Shown here piece by piece: positions 10,632 to 22,100 of a stretch of DNA of 64,000 nucleotides. The position numbers and the translations under genes were made by a program. The stretch covers positions 1 through 64,000 of the forward strand of contig JYFJ02001520.1 in NCBI GenBank assembly GCA_000934665.2, read 5' to 3'. Within the stretch, counting starts at the first letter, position 1; every line of letters begins with the position of its first letter. The notes under the pieces were generated by a model. The model did not search any database. It was not told the DNA's origin and saw nothing but the letters and a program-made list of their open reading frames with translations. This DNA is from Catajapyx aquilonaris. Its lineage: Eukaryota.

Positions 10632-13326
10632 ATGGCCAAGAAGAGATGTGCTGTCCTGCTGGAGCCGGCTCTTTTCCTCTTCATGCTGGCTTACGACATG
10701 AAGAAGAACGCTCTGATGGATCTCATCTACAGCAGGACGTGTCAAGGGTCGTTCACCGATCAGGTCTGCGCCAATCTGAAGGACGAAGGGAACCAGGAAG
10801 CGTTCGCTGAAGTGCAGGCCATGTCTAGCTTCTGGATATTCATGACTCAGGTCAGCATAATGGTGCAAATGTTAAAATAGTTGCCATTTTGACGTCGATA
10901 TCCGAGTTCCGCTTCTGGTTGAGCTGTCATAAATATTCAGCAAAGTATTTTAAAACTGGAACAAAGTGACACGCCATAATTATTTGCAATTATTGCAAAA
11001 ATATCAAATGCATTAGACAACCAATTGAATAAGATGTACTTTTGAAGCGCCAATATTTACAGCAAATTACGATATTCAGAGTGACATTATTATCGCTGTG
11101 ACCTGAACTTTTTACTCTTATTATAACCTATATAATATTTGCACTTGTGAGTGTCAAAGTGTCAAAGTGCATGGCTGGCAAAGTCGCATAAATATTGTGT
11201 CACTCCATGATAAATTAAGATATTGAAATGCAATATAAATATAGTTTTTTTTACTGAAACTGCATTCATCCCTATATACTGCCTAGTGACAGTGTGACTT
11301 TGCTGCCTGACGTACAGTCTATCAATGCGCTATCCCTAACTCTATAGATTCCTCTTATAATGTTACACACAACCTACTCAAATGATAATCACAAACTTAC
11401 CTTATCCGGCAGACAAAGGTTAGCGCTTGGGAATATTAGCACAAGAAAAGACATCCCACTTTTGGTAAAGCAATGTACAAAGTGCACAGTAAACATGGTT
11501 TTCTCCCGATACCGTCAATATATTGAATGAAAAAAATGATAATAAATTATTGAATAATAAGAAATGCATGACTCAGTCATATTTTCCTCTGATTTCAGGT
11601 GTTTCTAGGTGTACCTGGCCTGTTCACTTGCTTATACATGGGCAGTTGGAGTGACCACACGAATCGGAAGCTTCCACTGATAGTGTCCTCTTTGGGCGAG
11701 ATCTTCTCAACACTCCTCCTGGTCCTTCTGGCCAACACAAACAACGCTTCTCTGTGGGTTGCGGCCATATCCTGCGGTGTGTCAGGCCTAGGAGGCAACT
11801 TCATAGTGACCATTTACGGAATAGTCAGCTACATGACGGACATCAGCTCGGAGGAGAGTCGGACTATCCGGATGTCTATCCTGGAAGGGATGGCAGGTGC
11901 AGGGGCTATCGTGGGACCCATGGCCAGTGCGGTGGTCATCGAAATGACAGGTCACAAGTATGTGTACCTAGTGGTGCTGGGTCTGTTCGTGACCCAGTTC
12001 ATATACGTCATTTACGCTGTCCAGAGCAGGAAGCCGGAATGCCCTGTGGTCAAGTACGGAGAGGAAGGATGCTGCTCGGACCTTCTCAGACCTTTCAGGG
12101 ACATGTGGCAGACACTGACCAAGGAGAGAGAAGGAAGGGGAAGGACATACATTGCCCTAGACGCCTTCATCTTCATGTCGGCCATCATCGCTTCATTTGG
12201 TACGCAGCTAATTACGTATAGATAATGCCAGAATATTTCTGGCCACTCGCACAAAAATTAGCAAACTGCAGCCTCCCAGGCTCGTGCACAGTGACATAAC
12301 TTCATCCTTCTGAAGGTCAAGTCCTTCCCTCTTTTTTAGAGTTTCCAACACTTCAGACATGTCGACTCCCCCAGAAGTGTCTGCTGTCTGATTAGTGATA
12401 AACCTTATCTAATAATGACCGCGTTCTGACTCACTCTGTAACAACAACCGTTTTTCGATTGCAGGTTACTTTGACATATTGTATCTTTTTGTAAAAGACG
12501 AGCCTCTTGAATGGAGCTACACGACATACAGCACGTTCGTTAGCATCATTTTCGTCGGAAGGACCACTGGTGCTCTCATCTTGTTCCCTCTATTTCGACG
12601 GATCACAGGAGCATCTGATCCCACAGTGATTGCTGTCGGAATATTCTTCAAGATGCTGAGCATGATCATGCTCGGATTCACCACAAACGTTGCCATCGGA
12701 TTTGCAGGTACGATATATAGTATGACCTTTGAATCGGTTTGATCCGGAACACGGAAGATGATCAAGGTTATGTGTAATCAGCTAAGCGATACGTGTTATC
12801 ATGCCAATGATTGTTGCAAAAAAGACAGGGGATGTTGACCTCATGATTTAATTATTCACTTTCATTTCAGTTGCAGCAACGAATGGATTCTTTTCGTTCA
12901 TAATGGCTGGATGCAAGTCCCTTCTGTCCAAGCTGGTCCAACAGGACGAGAGAGGTAAAATATTCTCCGTGTTGGCCTCCCTGGACAACATTGCAGTTCT
13001 GGTCGCCTCTCTAATATTCAACACATTATATCCTCTGACAAGGGCCATTTTCAACGGACTGCTTTTCGAGTGCATGGCAGTCATGTTGGTCCCATCGTTT
13101 ATTATCGCATGGTAAGCAGGCAGAATTTCATGCCATTACACTTCTTGCGGTTAATTATTTTTAAACAGTGCACAATTTAATCGGGCATGAAAATTTTCAT
13201 TGCAGTGGGATGAGCGTGTTGCACAAACCAAGGCAATACACCGAAGAAGTGAACGAGTTCCATCCGCTTCTGAAATCGACCAGCAGCAGTCAAAAAATTG
13301 GCCAAGTGCACGAGACTGACCTTTGA
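10632..13326 (+). CDS. SLC46-family (PCFT/SLC46A3-like) MFS transporter, 5 coding exons
   Basis: Exons 10632-10850, 11599-12199, 12465-12707, 12871-13111 and 13206-13326 (TGA), GT-AG and in frame. N-terminal LEPALFL with a paired-Cys lumenal loop and EVQ..S.W; MFS motifs GSWSDHTNRKLPLI, SYMTDISSEESRTIRM, LYLFVKDEPLEWS and KSLLSKLVQQDERGKIFS. AATAAA at 13525-13530. Confidence 0.9.
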
Positions 13327-14622
13327 CAAAGGGCTGAGAAGCCTTTATTATTTGTTATATTTATTCGCCCATTATATTGCTCATGAGATATTTTTACTTT
13401 CATGTTTTTGTTCTTATGCAAACTATCACTCAATGAGTGAGTAGTTTATATCTCTAATGAAGTCTTTTCTCAGGTTTTGTAACATGTTCGTCCGTGTAAT
13501 ATAATAATTATGTCATTGTGTGTTAATAAAAAAATGGCAAAACATGCTGATATCATCATAGAGGACTTTTTGTGATAACCGCCTTTATTAATCAGCGAAT
13601 GATTTATGTGTGTGGAAAAATTAATATTAATAACATGTGCATTGGCACTGACGAAATTGAATCAAAATCTAATGAAAACACGAATCAAAACCTTGTCACT
13701 ATCATGCGTTTAATTTTTTATTCCCTTCTTGATGAATCGTAATTTTTTATTACATGATAATGAAATCTAATATTTGTGAACGTTTGTTTGTTTGTTGTTA
13801 GAATGCAAATCAATATGAAGGGATAATTATATAGAAATTTTCAAGGAGATTCACTAGGGGTACTGTAACATTTGATGGGGTAGGTCATGGTCACATTGAA
13901 TTTGACCTCTGATGTCATAGGGTCGCCAGACGAATACTTTAATACCAGTCAACGCCGAGTATTTTGTTGCATTTATTTTATTTTCTTCTTATTTTATTGA
14001 GAAATGTTTGTTTGTTTGTGTTTTTATTTACACAAGCATCTGGTATAGGGTATAAAATGAGTCACTTTTGATGCTGTACAGCTGTAAAAAATATATGAAA
14101 AGGGCGGGGTTATTGATAAAGTAAGGCCTTTCAGATAGACCCACTGCGACATTAATTCATACAAACATTCTGATGCACTTGGTTTTTATCCGCCTGCAAC
14201 ACCGGACTGGACACATACTCACGACACATTGTTCGCAACGTATTGCATAATCATTTCTGTAGGGAAACAGACCGTGTCAGATTCTCACAATAAACGTCAC
14301 CTTGCAGGAATAGGACAACAAACTTGGCACTTTAGCGCGACGTAGGCCGAAACCTCTTTCCATCACTCTTGTCAGGAATATGCTGGACAATCTTTAATCT
14401 TGTCCTGCCCACACCAAAATAACAACCTGATCCTGGGGAAGCGCCCCTGGGAAACTCGAATGGTGGTCATCCTCCTTGCGCACTTCCCTTAACCACAATT
14501 AAGCCGAATCCTACACAAACCTCATTACCTGTCAGTCAAACCGGATTAATCATTCTCCCCGAATTAACCTTATTGTGTCAATCTGGAAACCAGTGGGGGT
14601 TATCCAGTCCGGATTGAAGTAG

Positions 14623-14630
14623 TATAAGAA
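14623..14630 (+). promoter_or_regulatory. Putative TATA box of the pyrokinin gene
   Basis: TATAAGAA about 63 nt upstream of the ATG at 14686, with a CAGT initiator-like sequence about 30 nt downstream. Confidence 0.5.
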
Positions 14631-14685
14631 CCCTGGGCATGGGAGTGAGAAGAAGCAGTGCAAGAGCAGAAGGACATTAGCTGAC

Positions 14686-15728
14686 ATGGAGGTACTTCAC
14701 GTCCTCATTTCACTCGCGATGGTGATGGCCTTCACTGGATCAGAAGGTAAGTTGTCTTATTCTACTGTTCAATTACACCTGACTGATTTCAGTAACATGT
14801 AACAATGTTTCTTCATAAAGGACTTTACGTGATGAAAAAATCCAGCCCATCCCAGCACTCAGCAACAATGGTTCTGATACCAGCAACTCAAGAGGAAGAT
14901 TCTGGACTGTTGGTTCGGAAGAGACGGTCTCCAGAATACGCCCAAGACGAAAACGACAACATACGTCGTTTGGATCCAGCCGACTTGGCCGAGCTTCTCA
15001 AAGACACACCCTGGGCTCTCATCGCCATCAAAGGTTAGAATTATTAAATCATAGGCCCTATAATATTATAAGTTACAGAATTCACAATCCGTGACTCAAG
15101 CATGTAAACAAGTTGACTCATCACCTATAAGTAGAAGTGACCGTAACTTTAACTTTCCCAGTTCAACAATATATTAGAGGACAGTAGTGTAGCGCCCTGG
15201 TGGATTTTGTCCGTGAAGTGACTCATCACCAACGTGCAGGTAGTACTACTTGTCCTGTGAGAGCGGCAGCCTATACGTACGCCAACTGGTAGTGGCATAG
15301 CGTACTACGTCCAAGTGGGGGGGAGGAGTGTTGCCAAAATTTGGCAACGGGTTCGCTACTAGTTTAATTTAATTTAAAAAAAATGGGATCTGAATTTTGC
15401 ATTTCCAGACTACAACACTCAGAAGAGAGGTGGTGGCAACTCGTTATCCACAAACTTCGTACCACGTTTGGGTCGTAGTTACCATCAGTTCTCTCCTCGT
15501 CTGGGCCGCTCCGATGTCCAGTTTGAAGAGGAAGAGGACAACGAGGAGTGGGACGGGTCCACCACTTTTGTCCCCAGGTTGGGTCGGGCGTCCAGAGGAA
15601 GCGGAGGGTCCAACAATAACAACAACAACAAGGAGGACGGAAGAGGAAACTCGCAGCAGGACATTTCAGCCACCACCAAATTCTCGCCAAGACTCGGACG
15701 TGGAGGATTCTCACCGCGTTTGGGGTGA
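14686..15728 (+). CDS. pk: Pyrokinin (FXPRLamide, PK/PBAN-type) neuropeptide precursor, 3 exons
   Basis: Exons 14686-14746 (signal peptide MEVLHVLISLAMVMAFTGSEG), ~14821-15033 (acceptor uncertain; an in-frame alternative lies near 14862) and 15409-15728 (TGA). Five FXPRL-G peptides flanked by basic sites or the C-terminus: GGGNSLSTNFVPRLa, SYHQFSPRLa, SDVQFEEEEDNEEWDGSTTFVPRLa, ...GNSQQDISATTKFSPRLa and GGFSPRLa. ATTAAA at 15809-15814. Confidence 0.93.
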
Positions 15729-17016
15729 TTTGATTGACTTTTGATTTTAAAGGCCAACATGCCTTTTTTTAGCTTGTTCGCATTTTTATTGTAAAGATTG
15801 TAAGGAAAATTAAAGTGTTACCAATGCCAAAAACGGCATATTGATATTTCTTTGAATACGCCTAGTACTAATAGTCCATAATGTGATATTGTTTAGTCTA
15901 AAACAACAAGGCCCATAGAAAGTATAAAAGTCAATTAACACACAAAAAAATTATCAGTACACTATACTATTTGCTACACTTATTTTCTGCACAATAATGC
16001 TATTTTTAAGTCCAGATTAATTTTCCCTTCAAGTTATTAATTGACCGACTAAGCTCCGATTTTAGCAATCCGAGTGTATAAAAACGATGCGATTATTCCT
16101 GTTATTAATCGGTTGATAATTATTCTAAACAATAAGTAATAGCAAAAAAAACCTACAAGAACTGCGATCCAGTAATTTTAACAGTTTGAAACAGACGTTT
16201 TTTAAATATAGCTTAATTTGTATTTTTAATGGTTCACTGCTAGTGATATTATGACAATAATTTAAGAAAATTTTCACACAAACCAAAGAAATTAATGTGT
16301 ATTTTAAATTTTGATTAAGGTTTCTACTTTTCAGTGGTTTACTCTCAATAACGTTATGACTTTTTAAAGAAAATATTACTTCACACGTCGGATTCAGTAA
16401 TTGAATCCTTTAATACCCCAAAAAAAATCCTCCCAAAAAGAAACGGATCCAATTTGAAGTGCAGAAAGGGGGGGCGAAACCCCACTCAAAGTGATTAGCC
16501 CTCCCCGATAATTAAATCGCAACAATTAACCCCTTTGACTCTGCCAGTTTCCAAAGAGGGATGAAGAAGTCTGCAGCTTAGAAATCACGTCTCGACCTTC
16601 TCTCTCCCCCACCCCCATCCCCCTCCCCTCTCATCTTGCTCTCTAAAAATACAATCGACTTGCGATCCTTTAATTTTCAACCCCCGCCCACCTTTGCGAA
16701 TTTGTTCTCCGAGCTGGCAATATAAAAGGCTCCAGTAGGGAGGCAATATGGTGTCCTAATCGCGGACTTTCCGCATGGATTAGGGTGCTCCCCAGGACCA
16801 CGTCGCCGTTTCCTAGGCTTCCAAACAGCAGGGTTTCATTTTGGAGACTTAGCTCCTTCTATTCCTCTCTTCTTTTTTTTCTCCTCTTTTACCTTTTTTT
16901 TTCTTCAGCTCTAAACCCCCCCCTTCCCTCCTTGCCACCCACTCCTTTCTCCCCTTGAAACTGGACAAGAGACACCACGCAAACCTGCTCTGCAGGGGGT
17001 CAGCTCCAGGCAGGGG

Positions 17017-17023
17017 TATATAA
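17017..17023 (+). promoter_or_regulatory. Putative TATA box of the capa gene
   Basis: TATATAA in G/C-rich flanks about 130 nt upstream of the ATG at 17150, with an initiator-like TCAC/TTCA about 30 nt downstream. Confidence 0.55.
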
Positions 17024-17149
17024 GGTCCAGCCCCAAGGCGATGAATTTTCACTCCACAAACTGCATCCAGGTGTGAGCTGATACTGCAACACCACCACAT
17101 AACTAAAAAATATCCGATATTTTTTTTCTGTTTTGAAAAATCGAAGAGA

Positions 17150-18790
17150 ATGGGGTTTGTCAGAGGAGCACTTTTCTTCGCGCTTTTGGTCGCCGTTTCC
17201 AACTGCTGTGACGGTAAGGTATTTTTATTGCATTCTTAGGAATCAGCATGTTTAAGATGATTCCCGTTTTTTGGGGGGAATCACACCTATAACCGCGGAC
17301 TCAGAGGCCTGTTTCCAATAACAACAAAATGTTTCACACAAGCATTTTTTGCATGCGTGTAAGTCGATATTGGCTTTTCGCATAATATCCTATAGTTTGA
17401 AGGGGGAGTTTGAAAAAAATGCCAATTTTCATATTCCGAGGATAAAATGTGCAATTTCGTGCTCGTAATAGGTGAAACCAAGAGAATCCAGAAACGACAG
17501 TCAATAATCCCATACCCGAGGGTCGGAAGAAGCCAGTGGTACATGGAGGATAAAAGAGGCGCTCCAGGTCTCATCCCATTTCCACGAGTAGGGAGGTCAC
17601 ACCTAGATGAAGATGGTGACCTACCTTTTATTGCCTTTATTTGAAGAAAAAAATGCGACAATACTGATACAACTGTCCTTTCAGTGTTTCACGAGATGAA
17701 GAGACAGCTGATTCCTTTCCCAAGGGTGGGCAAGAGGCAGAACACGATTATTCCTTTCCCTCGTGTGGGACGATCCTCAGCAGCCAGCACCCTGTACCTC
17801 GTTCCTCTTGAAGAAGAAGAGGGCCTCTGGGAGACGGACGTGGACAACGACGATGATTCCCAGCAGAAGAGGAACGGGGCAGGTGCCACCGGACCAGGAG
17901 GAATGTGGTTCGGACCTCGTCTTGGACGGAAGAAGAGGTCTGTGGACTACGACGATCATAAGTCTGACGTCGTCCAGATACTCAAGGACACTCCATGGGC
18001 CGTCATTTCCATGAAAGGTATGTGACTCGATCACTTGCATACAATGTCAATGACGAAATTTTCAGCTTCATTGCAAATAAATCTCACTGTCAGATTGAAG
18101 ACTATTCAGAAGAATCACTTGCGGATATTAAGTTTATTACCAGTTTAATTGAATTAGGTTCAATTCTATGTGAAAACAGAACAAAATATATAGAGTGTCG
18201 GTTTACGTTTGTGTTGAAAAATCATCTAAAATTTTTAGCTAAATATTACTTTCATTGTCTTGGAGCTTCAGCAAGTTACACATTTTCAGGATAGAAAATG
18301 AGATCGCCCATGATTTCTAACAAAATTTATCTTAATTACAGTTTGCCGGTTTGATTACACTGCAAACTATTAATTGACCTAATGTGAAGGGATTAAGTCC
18401 AAATATTTCAAACACAATATGTTATAGGAATCAGCTTAATATACAGTATTTAATCGCTTAATGATTTTCAATTTAGAAAATTTTTAGGCAGAAATGCCTT
18501 GATTTTTATATTAATATTTCAAAACGTATTTTGTTGTTTAGATATTTTCTTTAAACAATATTGAGCTCAAGCCACTAGTCCCAATTTTCAAGCCAAAATA
18601 TGTCCCATTTTATCCACCTGTTATTAGTAATTTTGTGTATTTTTTCACAGGTCACAACCCAGAGGAGATGGTCGAAGGTCATTCAGTCCACAACGAGGAC
18701 TCCGAGGACTGGCCAGCGGCATCGGAAGTCGGACACTTCCCGTCCACGATAGGCGAAGTTCCTTTCGTCGCCAAGTCAAAGCATCACTAA
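17150..18790 (+). CDS. capa: CAPA (periviscerokinin + tryptopyrokinin) neuropeptide precursor, 4 exons
   Basis: Exons 17150-17213 (signal peptide MGFVRGALFFALLVAVSNCCDG), 17472-17615, 17685-18017 and 18651-18790 (TAA), all with phase-1 GT-AG introns. Peptides: QSIIPYPRVa, GAPGLIPFPRVa, QLIPFPRVa, QNTIIPFPRVa and NGAGATGPGGMWFGPRLa, each with KR before and G-R/K after. AATAAA at 18953-18958. Confidence 0.95.
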
Positions 18791-19081
18791 CAATGTACAC
18801 TACCTAGAACTGTAGTCGTGAACATGTGTCGTCCGAACAATGGTGGAGCAATCATCCTTGTTCGATTGTTTAAAAAAAAGAGAAGTCACAGGAGCAGATG
18901 TGAAAAGTAATAACTGACGGTGATAATGTATGTGTTTATGTGTAACAATAATAATAAAAAGGCGACAACTTTTACACATGCAGTTTTGTTGGTCACCTAC
19001 TTCACAGGATAAGCAAGATGGGGAGAAGACTTTCTGGCTTGCTTTCTGGCTCTCAGTGTAAGAATTTCTCCCGTTGAATTT

Positions 19082-19105
19082 ATCATCATCATCATCATCA
19101 TCATC
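19082..19105. repeat. (ATC)n microsatellite
   Basis: About 8 tandem ATC units. Confidence 0.9.
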
Positions 19106-22100
19106 CATTTTCGTATAACATTTGCTTGCGAAGGAAAAACATTTAATGTACAACGGACCGTAGTTGTAAGAAGATTATTTTCAATGTACTGTTACCGTAC
19201 CAACCAGAAGTACAGTACGATGAGTAGGTAAAACGTAATAGGCCCATCAGTTTAAGTTAGATTGGGTAGGCACATATAAAATGTAATTTTGGTTACAATG
19301 CGAAGAGATAAGAGGGACAATATTGTCACTTCAATTGAGCTGAAAGGATAGGAAAGAAGGGTTGCGTGTGAGTAGTACAGTAAGCATTATCATGTTTTCT
19401 TTTGTACAAGTATATTGCTTTTATATTTTATTCGAAAGGATATAATAGAACATGAAACCATTTCCCCCCCTCAAGTTACACCCACCTGAAATTACTTGCA
19501 TGCCTCCCCAACCTGCTTCTATTGGTCTCACGTAGAGCACGTACAGGCAGTAAATATCCGGAGCAGACATATTTCCCCAATATATATTTTTTCTTCGCTC
19601 TTTTTTTTTCTCTCTCTCTCTAGCTACCTCAATCTCTTTCCATGTCTAGACGCAATCCCAGGTCTTGTACCCCTTGTAATCACACAAGTGATGATGTCGA
19701 ATGGGGGCAAAGGATTAAACCTGGTTGGGACCCCCCTTCTCGCTTTCTTCATTATGTCGGGGGATTCACAGTCCCCACTTAATCTTCATGAAGCTGAACC
19801 AAAAAAAAAAAAGGTTGGGTCTAGCAAATCCCTACCCCGTGCACACTGACGGACCCGTGGGTGTTGATTAATTCCTCTGGGGCAACTACAGCACGCAGGT
19901 CACACATTTTAAATTCCCGTGCATCGGGAGGTCACCAGGATAAACCTGCGCTTGTGGAAACTGAGAGAGAGAAAAAAACAACTGGAATCAAATCGAGGAA
20001 ATTCCGTATAGTGTTTATTTGAAGCAATAAAAAGGTTTTTGCGAATTTTCGCGGATTTGCTGAGATTGTGTGATGCGCAGCTTGGTCTTCCATCTCGTGG
20101 AGGATTAGACAATTGCAAAGAGGCTCTACCCAGCGGAATGAACGTGTACTTCGTCCAGTCACGTTGTTGGAGTTGAACGGAAATAATTACCATCATTGAA
20201 TTTATTACTATTAGATGGCACACACATCAAGCAACTTTTTAACAAATACAATATGTAACTACGGAGAATGCAATCATTGAATAAAATCAGAAATACAGAT
20301 GATTTCTGGTTATGGTTTATTCTGAATACTTGCGAAGTAGCCTGCTACAGCATCCTGTACATTAGCCAAAATAATATCGAATAGAGATCACAAAATGTTT
20401 GTGAACAATGGCCAGCCCATTGTACATCTGATAATAGCAAAAGGAGCTGTCAAATGTAAACTACACAAAATTTTGTAAATTCCGTCAATAACTGTCCTGC
20501 AAAATATATTGTGGCGGAGATAACACAATGCAACTTATCGATGCTAATGTATGGAAGGAGGGGAATAGTTGCGATCAAAATACACTATTTCACCTGGCAG
20601 GCATAAACATGTCGAGAGGTACGTACAGTGAAGGCTCCAGAGTGACGTTATTATTGTACCTATTGACATTTACCACGTGCATTCATTCCCGAAATCAATG
20701 GCAAAATTAAAAGGGCGGGCGCTGATGTATTGTCGGGGGGTGAATCACATTATTGGCGCTAATGAGAGCTCGAGTACTGCATGTTTTTGTCTGATAGAGT
20801 CGGTTACTTTGATCGGGTCCCCCCCTCACCAGCTTTTGATTTTCGATAATCAATGTTACCAAAGGCCTAGCGACACCATGTGCACCGATAATTATTGTAG
20901 CGTATCAGATTCGAGCCAGCCTGTAACCCAAGTGCAAGCAAGTGTTCGACGAACTTTGCAGTCTATACCTGCTCTCCAATATTTTAATAACTCATGCATT
21001 TAATCCACCTCTCAAATCCAATTTCGATAATCGTTAATAATGTGCCTAAAATCTCATCAGTAAATTCACATGAGGTTTGAAGCTGAAGGAAGAGATTTAT
21101 GTATCGGCTTGATCTTATGCGTTTTATTAATTTTTATGTATGGATTTCGTGTTCAGCACTTTTTCTGTGATTGCCCAGGGTGCGGTAAAGTTAACAGAGG
21201 GGTTTGTGTTGAACAGGCCGGAAAACGGAGTGAGGGTTATGTTGAACACGGATCGTGTCAGCGGGCATGGGGCTTGTCAGGAAGCGAAATTGGAAACGTG
21301 TCCTTTTCCTCGGTGTATGTCGCACCGGGCGATAAATCTGCTTGGGGCCAACGGTACCTCTGGACAGCTCGAGTCCATTTGGCTGCCACTTGGTACACCC
21401 CAGCAAAAGCACAGAGTCTGATCGGAGGTGCGAAGGAAGCCTGCTGACAGCAGTTGGCCGATCGTAAAACCGATAATCGTCCATCAAAAACTTCTGCTTC
21501 ACGCTTCCCAGCAAGCCGGACACGTTCGTTATTCACACAGCCACCTAGTAAGACATACTCTTACTCCGATGGTTCCAAGTTGCGCAATGCACAATGCGAT
21601 TAACCACACACGATGTCATGTATCTGTCGTGTATGCCATTTGTCACGTGTGAGTGTGAGAAAAAAAATAGGGAAAGACTTTTTGATTTGTCTCTCTGGTT
21701 TTAACATATACCTACTTAGCCGTTACTCCATTGTAGCTCTTTCAATAACTATTATGATAATATAGAGAAAGAAAATATGTCGAGTGTCGTCAGGTGAGTA
21801 ATAACAACAATATTGAGCTTTCTCTTGTAAATCGCCTCTATACTAACGAATGGGAATAAAAAAGTGCTGCTTTTCAATATGTTTTTTCTCACGTATGCTG
21901 CCTTCTGGGCTGCGTAATATTTTTTTACCTTTCTCTTGGCCGATAGAATCGCCTTTCGTCAAACAATCATCAGTTAGAAAAAGCTATTCGTAAGAAAAAT
22001 ATTAAGTGAACCACATTTTGCTAATTAGTTGATTTCTCACACGGTAGATGGCGCTAAACAGTGTTTTCCTGCCCGATAGATGGCGATAAAGCAATGCCAA

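Noticed and set aside
11754..12254. Alternative-frame and antisense ORFs over SLC46 exon 2
   Set aside because: They are shadows of a GC-rich coding exon.
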